A DNA stretch of 64,000 nucleotides. It comes from Bugula neritina. Lineage: Eukaryota > Animalia > Bryozoa. Positions 52,202-64,000 of this stretch are shown here, one piece after another (the stretch's first letter is position 1; every line of letters starts with the position of its first letter). The notes below the pieces were generated by a model, which ran no database searches, was not told the DNA's origin, and saw nothing but the letters and a program-made list of their open reading frames with translations. The DNA is taken from positions 8,154,741 to 8,218,740 of the forward strand of contig OZ037768.1 in the NCBI GenBank assembly GCA_964035545.1. Reading direction: 5' to 3'. Position numbers and translations under genes: made by a program.

Positions 52202-55200
52202 ATGGGATATTATTTACAATTAGTTCTCATGCTGTTTTTCTATTGCTACCAGTTTCGTCAAATAAAAGGTAAAAATTAGGATTTTTAAAGTTGGGTAGTT
52301 TTTCCTGGCCTATCCTAGCTTTGGCTTTTTTCATGGTATAGTCTAATAACTTTCCATCAGTTTAGCAGAAGGTTGACCTTTTGAAAAGTAATAAACTATA
52401 TCATTCTGAAAATCTGCCTGGAAAGTGAATTAATGATAATTAATGTTGGATGGTTGTACAGGTGGTTCTTGTTGGCTGGAGGTAGACAAAAAAAATTATG
52501 CAGATGTCAATTCGTTCCTCAAAACTAATGTAACTCGGCAAGAATGTTGCAAACTGGAACCAGCTGGAGAAAAATATTTCTCAGAAGATGAACCGCTACC
52601 TGAACAAAAAGTCTGGATATGGAGATTTCTACAGGATCACAAATGCTCCATGGCTTGTCAAGGTAAACGAGTGCTGGAAAAAATGAAATTTATTGTTTTT
52701 AAATCTAACATCACTGTTTTAGAGCTTAACACATGCTTGTATGTTTGTGACAACCAAGGTGATGGGTATTTATGAGAGTGTTAAGCCAACATTTAGAGTT
52801 TTGTTTCCTGCTGTGACATTTAGCACTGTCTAGTATTTAAATATTTATTAGCTTTTCTATTCTTGGCAATAGAAATGGTTAAATGACATTTAATTATTTA
52901 AACAATAATTATTGTTTTACTTTTTATTGCTAAAAGTTGTTTTCCTCACAGCTGCACGTGAGCATGAGGAATTTATAACATCTATTTACTCTTACTGCAT
53001 ATCATTCTGTTTTCTGTAATTGCATGCCAATCAAAACGCTTCCTCTTAAATCGTTTTATTGCCACAACTTTAGCTATTCATCTCTGTCTTCTTACATACC
53101 AGCCTTGCAGCTGAAATCTGTTATGCACAACAAATTAATTTGCACTCGTGTTTATTATTCAATAATATAAGGTAATACTTTCACTAAATAATTTAGGATG
53201 TTTCAAAGATTGCCTGATTGCTAAATCATACAACTTGCTGCTTACACTATTTTAATCATGCAAACTTAAATTCATTCACCCTCCAATACTTTGCAAATAA
53301 TTGTATGTAGTAAATGTAATTTTCGTAGGAAAAGTTTTAAATTATAATTGCATTTAGAATATTTTATTTAAAAATTTTTAACCTTTAATAGAAACGAAAT
53401 ATTCATGTAACTTTATTACAATATTTTCGAAAAGTTAAGGGCGACCTTCAGTTAAAACTGAAGTTGTTGATTTGTTTTAAAATTCAAAATATAAGCTTGC
53501 CAATTTGAATATGTTCTGCATAAAATTAGCTTAAGAATTTGGCCAGAAATCTTTCCAGTTATGTTATGTTTAATATGCTGGTTTGGTTGTCAAAAGGTTT
53601 TATAGCATATCTAGTATAAGAACAGACATTCAGTTGGTTGACATCACACACATAGCTGAATAATTACTACGTCATAGCTCATGTCATAGCTAACAGTTTG
53701 GTCTTTTTATTGGCTCATTACTTATTCGGTCTCTTGAATAATAAAATGAAACTATGTTTTAGTTGATTGCAAGAAAAATGTAAAAAAACCGCAATTAATA
53801 AATTGTTTCATCAAGTGTGAAATGTTTTTTAAAAGATGAACAACACTTTTTTCCCATGGGCAGTACTTTTGTTTTAAAATTGCATAACAAATTTCTCACT
53901 GTTGATGTTGATACAGCTCCCAGCTTCAATGGGTTATTCTAATTAGCATTTGCTTTTTTATATAAGTATGCAACCATTATGTAGTGTTTTTTGGCAATAT
54001 ACCTTTTTTTCTGACAACTTTAAAACGTTTCGCTTTTGCTTGGGTCATCGTTTTGCTCATAAAAAGTTTAAAGAGTTTATTATTATAACAATATATTGAT
54101 TGGGTTAAATCATTTTTTTAAATAGTCATGTTTTGTCATTGCTCATACACCTAAATATATACTGAATTTGTCATTTTAATACACAATAGATGGCTGCACT
54201 ACATTTTCGAGGAGGTGCAGTGATTCAGAGCTGTGCAGAGTCAAGCCTAACGGATATCCTAAATGTATATGCAATCCATTCTGTGCTAAACATCCCCTAT
54301 CTAAAAAAGGTAATCTAATCTCTACTAAAACTCATAGCATTGTTCAACTAATTTCAATACTGTTTTAAGAGGGAATTATATCTTCATGATCTATAACCTT
54401 TATGTTCTAGTTACATAGCACACAAAAAATAAGCTTTAGCAGTTATAATAAATATTTTTTTAGCTAAACCCACATGTAGTTTGATAATGAAATCATTCAT
54501 TTTCTATTAATAATTTTAGGAAAATTTTGCGGTGATGATGGTAAAACCTACAGTCATCACTGTCAGCTACTGAGACAGAATTGCAGAAAGAAGGTCACAG
54601 TGGAAGCAGTGTATTTAGGAGAATGCAAAGGTACAGGAAGTTGAATATAGCCTTGGTTTCATAACTCTCTCTCACCCAACTCATACATGAGACGTGCAGT
54701 TATTTGTTTATCCTGGATTAGTAGACGCAAGTTGGCACCAATTTATACATTAATGGATATTTTGAATATTTCAGCCTTTTCCTGCAATGGGGTTGTTTGT
54801 GTGAAAGAAGGGTTCAAATGTGTCACTGACCAGTACAACAGACCTCGATGTGCACCAACAGAGAACACGTGTAGCAAGAGCTCCCAAGGCTCTGTCTGTG
54901 CTACAGATGGACAAACATACAAGAGTCGATGTCACATGGCAAATCATGCAATAAACACTGGGCAGGCATTGGCTGTCTCTCACCATGGGTCTTGTACAGG
55001 TAATTTCTCATTAGTAGCTTGAATTATTAGTTTTCTCTAATGTCAACACATATGTATGTCAACTGGAAAGAGATAAATAACTTTTGATCAATTACTGCTG
55101 AAAAAGATTTATCAAATGACTCATTGTATCAAAAAACTTATAATATTCTGCTTTCACTTTTGATAAACAGTGTGGAATTGAAACTGTAGGTTGGATTTAA

Positions 55201-56706
55201 AGTAACAGAAAATTGGACTACAGTCAATTAGATAATATACACACATTGCTTAAGCTACAAATTGGAAATATGAAAATCCGCACTATTTGAAAAGATTAAA
55301 ATTTTAATTGCAATTAGACTTAGTTAATGAACAGGATAGAAAATACACCTGTTGAACTACACAACTAGTAACACAATGCTTGCTTTTATGGAACTCTTGC
55401 TGTAGAGCCGTTAGATTTCCAATAGACGTCAGCTTATGTTGCTGCAGATTTCCTGTGGATTAGTCTAATTCTTTACACTTTCTTCCCAATGTAGACTTTC
55501 CCACATATGTTAAATATGATATTCTTGTACGTCTTTTAAATTAGTGTACACCTGGTTAGACATTGTCCTGTAATCTTACAGGGAATCCGCAAAAGGCCTG
55601 TAAGGATGACAAAAAATGTAAATTATGTTTGACTGGTAAGAAATCAAATAGCGCTGTGTGCATTTCAAATCCAATCAAGAAGTGTTTACCTGAGGATAAG
55701 AGCCCCGCAGTATGTGGTGAGGATGGAGTAACCTACAAGAACGAGTGTGCTATGAGGATTGCCAGCTACAAACTGGCAAAGCATATTAAAGTGGCACATG
55801 TTGCAGCTTGTAATGGTTAGTCTTATTGGTGTAATATAATCATTATATTATAATATAGTATATAAACTATGCTCCCATTGCTTCCGAATAGATATTTTCA
55901 TTGATGTTTTGGGAACAGGTCAATCGAATGAAACCACGAGTAAGAATCCATATACCGGGCATTCGAAGCAATGGGAATGCACGGTTAGACATTATTCTAC
56001 ATACCCATGTTATTATATAATTATAAACTAACATTATTACTATGTATAAAATGATCTTTTAAAAGCCTAAACAGTTCATAACTTGAAAATGTCCAAAATA
56101 GCTATATATCTACAGCGTATATTGTTTCCTAAATTACTCATAAGTTATGAATAGCAAGAACACAATATAGCATTTTACTCCGTTGAAGACAAATTTGCTT
56201 TTTATTGTACACTTATAGTTATTTAAGTATTGGTCAATTTAATAACAAGCTAAACTTAAACTTTCACATGCTGATTCTATATATTCTAAAATGTGACATG
56301 TTATATTACTGGTTGCTGCATTGTGTTTTCGCTAAGCAGGAAATGCATAGTTTCACATCCTGCCAAATTCTATTGAGTCGTTAGTAGCTGGAGTTGCATG
56401 ATGAGAACATGTTCAAGAAGCACTTCAATTGTTATTATAAAACATATAACATCAGACCAGCTACTGTTTTTAGTTAAGTATTTTATAATGACTATAAATT
56501 ATGAAATAATATACACATTTTTTAAGTTTGGTAATGTTTTTGTAGCAACGACTGAGGAGATGTTAGCAGCGGGAAGGTATTTAGATGATCCCAGAGGAAA
56601 CCATGCTCAGCAAGTAGACTATGTGTTTGTATCTTTAATACGGAATCATCAACGAATCAAACGAAAGCTGAGCAGACAACAGGCGTACAACAAAGGCTAT
56701 TTGTAA
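52202..56706 (+). CDS. FST: Follistatin (about 372 aa)
   Basis: Exons 52202-52268, 52462-52662, 54190-54309, 54520-54630, 54775-54999, 55582-55815, 56546-56706; all introns phase 1; 1119 nt. Signal peptide, N-terminal TB-like domain (GSCWL...TRQECC) and three follistatin/Kazal domains (CGDDGKTY, CATDGQTY, CGEDGVTY). Confidence 0.9.
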
Positions 56707-59700
56707 AATCTGGTTTTGGATAATCACTGCTTAAACAATATATAGCAAGTCTCCTGGTTCAATCAATTTCAAACATGCTACAGTTAAACCCAATATTTAG
56801 CTGTGCCTTTACATAATATCAAGCTTTTAAAAGGTGGTTGAGGATATTATACGCCCGTGGTTTTGTGGTGAATCCGAGGTTATAAAAGTTGTTTGAGTCT
56901 CTTTCTTTGTTATTATTTAAACTAATTATATGGCTTATTTTGATTGGTGGTGAATTTTATACAAAAATGTCAATCAGAATGTTGATGTGCATGGACACTT
57001 TCTTTCTCACGAATACCTATGCATAGTTTGAAGGTATTTATCAAGTGTAATCATTCCGTCCAATAATGTATTCATCTAATGCTGCTTCAAAAATAATAAC
57101 TATTATTTAAATGTTGGTCTGTATTTATTTGTTTTTGTATTGTTATATTATATATAACAAATTTGTGAGTATTTTTGTGTATAATATTATTGTTATAATA
57201 TGTAATAAATGGATTTGTGCTTTTTGATTATAATTATTGCTTTCTTATTGTAAGAGAAAGCTCTTTATCAGTATTGAAATATTTCTATGTTGAGTTTTCA
57301 AATAAAACTAGTTGCATATGTCACACAGGGCTTCGTTTTTATATATAAAATATATATAAACTAGCAATCATAGGTTTTATGATGCTGTTGACAGGTAATG
57401 GAAAGTTACCAACCATATGAATAAAGTGCTTGGAACATGCTGTAAATATACTCTCCTTAATTTAATACATGCTATAGCACTGATTTACATCGTTGGCATT
57501 GTGTTCAATTCATATATGTAGCACAGTTATATAGGAAACAAATAATTATTATATCCAAAGTAAATATCTTGGATTTAATTTAAAACTTACCATGTATAAA
57601 GCTGGTAGGTGTTTAGAGCAGCAGATATAGAGTTTTATGTTTTACGTATTTTTCCATTTTTCAAAAACACTTCAGAAAAAAGAAAGTATGTAAATTTGTC
57701 TCAATGAATATCTGTACAATCAGTTAATATGTATTACAATATTAATTGTTCTGCTTCAATCGATATGTATGCAAATTACCGTAAGCTATTAATATACTTC
57801 ATATTGCAGTTTACTTCATTCACTTGCAATAAAGCTGAAGCAGTTACCTGAAAAATTTAACTCTAAACATTTTCAACATAATGCTTTGTATATGTCCTTC
57901 TTAGAGAAGCCTATAATTCTTGCTGAAAGCAGCATATTATCGTATTTAAATATTTCGTGTTATCTTTTAATCTATTTAAACAATAAAGCCACATCTATTA
58001 CAATTAACCATCACACATTTTGCTATCAAACGTATTTTCTTCAATTAATTATTTTATACTTTTTGCTTGATTACATGGCAGATGAGAACAGGTGATCACA
58101 GGTGTTTACAGAAAACATTTTAATTAATTCATTATGTTAAGGGCTTTTGAAACATCTGAAGGAAAAATTATTTCTTTTAAACAGAGCAGCTCTTGATTAG
58201 TGAATATATAAACTGTTGGACACAAACTCCTAAAAATTCACTTGTAGACCAGAACTAGCAAAGTTATTAACAGTTATTTAATGCAAATTTATCTTGTAGC
58301 CAAAACATCTGCAACACAGGGTTGAAAAAATCAAGTGTAGACAACTTCTTATTTATACAATGTTGCAATCACAAAGCTTATTATGAAGTTGTAAAAACTT
58401 ATAAAGATATCAGAAATTGTGTTCTTCTTTTAACTTGAAGACCCAGCACTAGGAGTTTATGTTCTTGAGTAGTGAAATCAAAACGATTTTACTGACTTTA
58501 GCAGCTAAAGTATTTATAAATTTTGTTTAACTGTATTGTTGCTTTTGTATATATCTGATCAAATTTACATCTGTTTTATAATTGCTTCAAATACAACAGG
58601 AATGGTAAATCATTATATATAATTATATGCAAACTAAAATTCATATTTAAAAAGATTTTTTTAATTTTTCCTGATGAAGAAACTGAAAAATATTTCAGTT
58701 TAGAATGGCAAATATGTTTTATTGTTGTGCAGATCATAAATTTGGTACTGCTATATTTTCAACAAAAAGAATGATTTTTGTGTCCTTCTAAATTGAGTCG
58801 TTGGTTGTATGTGTATTGTAACTTTTTATTTATTTTTTCTAGCAAAATATCACTACCCTGTAATTTAACAAAAATATGTTTATCCATATAATCTATATGC
58901 TGGTAGTCTTATTCTTAGAATAATAATCGTAATTTATGATTATAGTTACTTGTATTTTAACGTTTACTATAATAATAAGTACAGACATAAATAAGCCGAA
59001 TAAAACTGATGATTATATAAAGTTTTATTTATTTATTTATTATAAAGATTAATTTTTACTAAAAACATAAAAATAAAAATTGTTCCTCAAAATATATGAC
59101 ATCTGTTTGCTTTATTACATAATAATACATTACATTTAATGCAGCACGTTCATACAGACCATATATACAAAAATGTTGCTATATATAATGAAAGTGTTTT
59201 ACTATCACTTTTGAGAGTTATTACATCAACGTTAGAATAATGGCCCTGCTTTTATGTATGCATTAGTTTTTCTCTAATCTATATATATTGACCATTACAT
59301 TTTATTTTTATGAATATATCTGCTCATCAAAGAATTCCTCAAATAACTATCTCCTATCATTGACTATGAATTGCTCCTTAACTTAATACTGCCTATAATA
59401 ATTTATTTGCATAATGTTATTATTGCTGAATATCTATTATCACTACATTTAATGTCAGCTTATATGTATATTAGGATATTTTTTTTTGTGACTCAAAAAA
59501 TTATGCATGAAATCTTTACTTTGCACAGCAAAACATCAATTAGTTGCATTAATTGGTATCAGCATACTACTTTTTCATTGCTTACTCTGTTTACAATAGT
59601 CAGCATTTTTTCAAAAAGCGATTTTCTCCATTACGCTCAATATTTTCCTGCAATGGAATACCATAAAATGATTAATATAATGTTTGAGTCATACCCATAT

Positions 59701-60140
59701 GCCTACAGTTCATTATATACAATGTAGAAATTTTGTGACTCATCAAATTTTTCTCCAATCAGGACCCAGTGATTTATAATCAGCTGTTACATTGTATGTT
59801 GATAATAGCCAATATATAGTTCCAATAATTTGTTTCCCTATAATTTATGTACATTTCAACTAAAGACTGACATTTTGCTTGCGTTATATATATGTGTGTG
59901 TTTGCTATATAATGTAGCTGATATAAAAAGAGTAGCTTATAATTGCACAGCAGTTCAAGGGTGGGGTGGAGATTCGCAGCAAATGCTAAATTCTGTTATC
60001 ATTTTATCGGAAGCCTTTGATGTAGAAACATTAAAAAATCTCTAAAAATGTCTGCTAACACAATAATCAACAATGACATTTTATGCTTTTCATCTATTTA
60101 TAACTTTTTGCAATTACAAGAATTACTAAAAATAGAAACA

Positions 60141-62910
60141 ATGGAATGTTTGTATACAGAGTCTATAGAGTATATACAAAGCTGTTCATTGCTCAGTGTG
60201 ATAGGACTTGTAGCAGTCACATGCTCTTTAATCAATATCATCAAGACTTTTTTATGGACCCCATTTAAGTTATTTTTCCTCGCACAAGTTTTACCGGGAG
60301 TTGATTTCCGACGGCTAGGAAAATGGGCAGTTGTGACTGGTGGCTCAGATGGAATAGGTAAGTTTTCTCTTTTAGCTGCTTATAAAGAAATGACTTTGCA
60401 AAGTTAATGTATTTAAATAGCAATATCGAGATAGTTTCATTAAAATTAGATTTTGCTCATGTCAATTTTTAGGGAATTTGGTGTTTCACATTTCTCTGTG
60501 TTTTCTCCATAAAAACTAAGTTCCATGCAGCCAAAATTTAAATGGTTATGGAATTTTGTTAAAGATTTCTTTGCTTCATTCGCTTTTTGTGCATGATTTT
60601 AATCGTACTTTAATTTCATCTTAGGTTTTAAATTATTGATTCAGAGTTTGAACTGCAAATAATACCCTATTTTTGTGAATTTTTAAAGCATTGCTTTTTT
60701 TACCTTATAATTGATTACCTACATATCTTGATTTGGAGCTGAAGGGCTGTAAAGCCTATTCCCTAAACAGTTTTATTAGAAGGGGCAATTACAATGTATA
60801 TGTAATTCCTTAATTCAATGACAGACAGCCCATAGAACTAGATGGTAAACAAGATATTTACCTCAAATCTGAACTTGCATGATAGAGATTTAAGTTCAGT
60901 ATGCAGCTTTAAACTAAAAATATTGTTTTGTCATAGCAATTCAATATGTAAACTTCCGGTAACATTGTAGCTGAAATTTATATTTGTCAGTAGCTAGTAA
61001 TTAGTAACTTCAGTGTTGATGAAATATCCTCAAATTTATTGCCTTTGAGAAAAGTATTGGACATTTAACATTCCTGTACAACAAACACAATTTGGAAATA
61101 GACGCACAAAAGACACTTTTTAGTAAAGCATGCATGGCTGCTAGAATCTTTGTAGTGTATAATAATTTATTACAGGCCGAGGGTATGTCAGATCGTTGGC
61201 TAAGCGAGGTATGGACATCGTGATGATCAGCAAGTACCGTGAGAACCTACACAGAACAGAACAGGAGTTGAGACGTGAATATGGGGTCGATGTTAAATCT
61301 GTAGTCGTAGACTTCACCAACACAGATGTCTATGAGACTATTAGACACGAGCTTCAGGGACTTGATGTTGGGGTTTTGATAAACAATGTTGGGATTGGAA
61401 CCGGATCCGCCTTTCAAACATTTCTTCAAATAACTAATTTGTAAGTTACACACTTCTTATAAAATTAATACAATTCTATATGATCTTCCGAACAATTTTA
61501 CAGTAATTATTGATCAGAACTAAAGTGCTTAAAAATTTTCCAAATTTTTTAGTTATGATGGCTAACTATTCTAGAATATGTTATATTAGTATGTGTTTTA
61601 GTAACAAGTCAGGTTCACACAGTTAGTAAAGTTTCAAGTTGAAATTCTTCATAAATCACTTACAGTTATGGCAACAGTGCAACACAGTTTGATATAATAG
61701 AAATTGAATGGTATTTAATACACTGGCATGTGTTTAAAAACATATAAATGCAACAGATGGCATCTAAAAATACCTTGTCAGCATCATAATTTTGTTACGT
61801 AAGCCATATATTTTATATTAGGCATTACGAAATTATATATTTTATAATTATTTGTCTAGGCTACAATCAACAACAGATGTTCTTCATGTTAACTGCATAC
61901 CCATGACAAATATGTGTGCCCTAATTCTTCCACAAATGCTGGAAAAGAGAAAGGGTGTTATAGTGAACATCTCGTCTATTGCGCAATCAGGATATTTAGG
62001 ATCCCCAGTCTATTCAGCCAGCAAGTCTTATGTTTCAAGGCTCTCAGACTGTCTGCAAAGGACATATAGAAACTCAGGTTAGCTTTTACAAGACTTTGAA
62101 AACCAAAAACTGTTAACCAGACCTTGAAGCTTACAAAATAAATAATTAATGTGAGCTGTATGCAGAAACTAGAAATGTCGTTGGCGGCTAGGAAATTTTA
62201 ACAACATTGTAGCTAAATTTACATCATGAGGTATTCATGTGTTACACAATAATATTAACTGGCTGTTTTTATACTTTCTATATATGTATATTACATTACA
62301 ATATGTCATACCATATCATTTTATGTCATGAAATGTCATTTGTAGTTTAACAAAAGCTTTCACAGAAAGTATTATGGTTATAGAGACAAACATTAGATAT
62401 TGCGAATAACAATAGTCAATCAAAGAAGTTATGTTTCTGGAGCAATTTCAAACCAAAACTTATTTGAAAAATTAAAGAATTTATGATAATAAAGTTCCTC
62501 CTTTACTGTATCTAAATAATTTGGCTAATTCAAACTGTTAAAATGTAAAAAAATAGAATTGCTTGGAATTTTCTGCAACTCTATTTGGACTGAATTGCAG
62601 ATGCTTGCAGTGTATAAAATGTGTCAACAATAATATTTCAGGGGTGATAATACAGACAGTGGAGCCTGGTATGGTTATGACAGACCTCTTCATGAGCGAG
62701 TATGAGAATGCCACCATACCAAAGTTTCTAGAGACAGCTAAGCGTTATACCAGTGTGACAGCAGAAAATTTTGCTAGCAGCGCAGTCAACACTATTGGGT
62801 GGACGGATATCAGTAATGGGTGCTTAAAACATTACTTTGTATCTGCCTTAGCCAAAATTGGTTCTCAAAAGACAATGGACAAAAAAATATTGGATGTTAT
62901 TAATAACTAA
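60141..62910 (+). CDS. Short-chain dehydrogenase, HSD17B12/very-long-chain 3-oxoacyl-CoA reductase-like (about 322 aa)
   Basis: Exons 60141-60357, 61176-61440, 61860-62077, 62642-62910 (969 nt). N-terminal hydrophobic anchor, GKWAVVTGGSDGIG, LAKRG, LINNVG, GVIVNISS, catalytic YSASK and SAVNTIG. An upstream in-frame ATG exists at 60048. Confidence 0.88.
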
Positions 62911-64000
62911 ATAGATTATACACGGAACTGTTGTTGCTCATCAACACTCAGCTGACGCAGTTCTTTGTATGGATACGTTGACCTTGTTGGCTCAGTGTTG
63001 ATAAATATTGAATATAAGTTTAAAGTTCAGGCATGTAATAACAAGCAAGAGCAACTCTTTAAATTACTGTTTATTTACTTCATATAAATATAAAACTTGC
63101 ACAATTCTGACAAATACCCAGTATGCCAAGTTTTAAAGACTAAATCACAAGCCGGTACTTTATAAATGTCGGTAATTTGCACATACTGCATATAGGTTAA
63201 AGGTGAATGACTTGATGCATCCATACCTTTGAGTTCTAATCTTTAACCTTTAGCAATAAATATGTAGTTGAATGCAAGAGCCACTTGCTTGTATATGAAA
63301 CTTCATTGTAAACTTCTCTGTTAAATTTATGTTTCTATTGAAACATGTTTAAAAAACCATCAAATTTCTGCATCAAGCCTTGTAAAACTGTTGAGCTATA
63401 AAAATTGTTCTGCATTAAATATTTTGTCGCAGCATCTCTGATGCAATGGAAGACTGAAGATTTTATAGTATATTAATCCAGTACATTGCTTTGGTGTCAA
63501 GTTGATAAAGTGTGACAGGTTTCAGTACCATGACACATCAGTTTAATATCAGGGTAAAGTCATGTGATGAGCTGCTAGGCAGCATACCATAGTCATTGTG
63601 GTCACTTTGAAGCAGCTGTGAGTCATCATAAGAAACAGCATTTAACTCTATCGACTATAAGTCTGAGCAAAATATGCTGACAATTATAATGTTTTAACTA
63701 TTTCGCCCACCCTTTTCCTTCTGTCGAATGTACATAATATGCATAACATATTCTTCCTCATTTGTGGTTATACAACTCAATGTTATTATATAGCACTTTC
63801 CACTTGTTGAGGAAATAGTATGAAGGCAGTATGGATAGCAATGAGTACGTGATGAAGTGGAGCAAACCAATATAGGCCAGGGGGGGGGTCAAGTGTGGTA
63901 TAAATTACTAGATAACTATACTTTAGTGTTGAAGGTCGCTCCATCGAGTTTTCAAAATAATGAAATCTAAGGCTGCATTGACATAATGGTGCTCTTTCAA

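Noticed and set aside
57000-60000. Intergenic ORFs such as 59371-59727
   Set aside because: AT-rich, no recognisable domain or splice-consistent structure.

Overview
AT-rich, intron-rich animal genomic DNA, probably an invertebrate (inferred). I assembled exons by hand using splice sites and reading phase. Genes in order: the 3' half of a lethal(2) giant larvae/LLGL gene (+); a complete Src42A/FRK-type tyrosine kinase (-); EPS15 (+, head-to-head with the kinase); AGGF1 (+); follistatin (+); and an HSD17B12/KAR-like short-chain dehydrogenase (+). Main observations not evident from the ORF track: (1) an intact 8-exon FAM187A-like type I Ig membrane-protein gene nested antisense in EPS15 intron 11, with two abutting TIR elements starting 112 nt upstream of its ATG; (2) a candidate 6-nt microexon in the kinase activation loop; (3) a 27-nt EPS15 microexon preceded by five TGCATG (Rbfox-type) motifs; (4) candidate mutually exclusive AGGF1 exons only 36 nt apart; (5) a GC-AG intron in LLGL; (6) paired cysteine losses in follistatin; (7) non-tandem 6-bp-periodic DNA next to the likely housekeeping promoters. 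Also present are Harbinger-like MITEs, a decayed REL-endonuclease retrotransposon fragment and simple repeats. Family assignments rest on recalled motifs; no database search was run.
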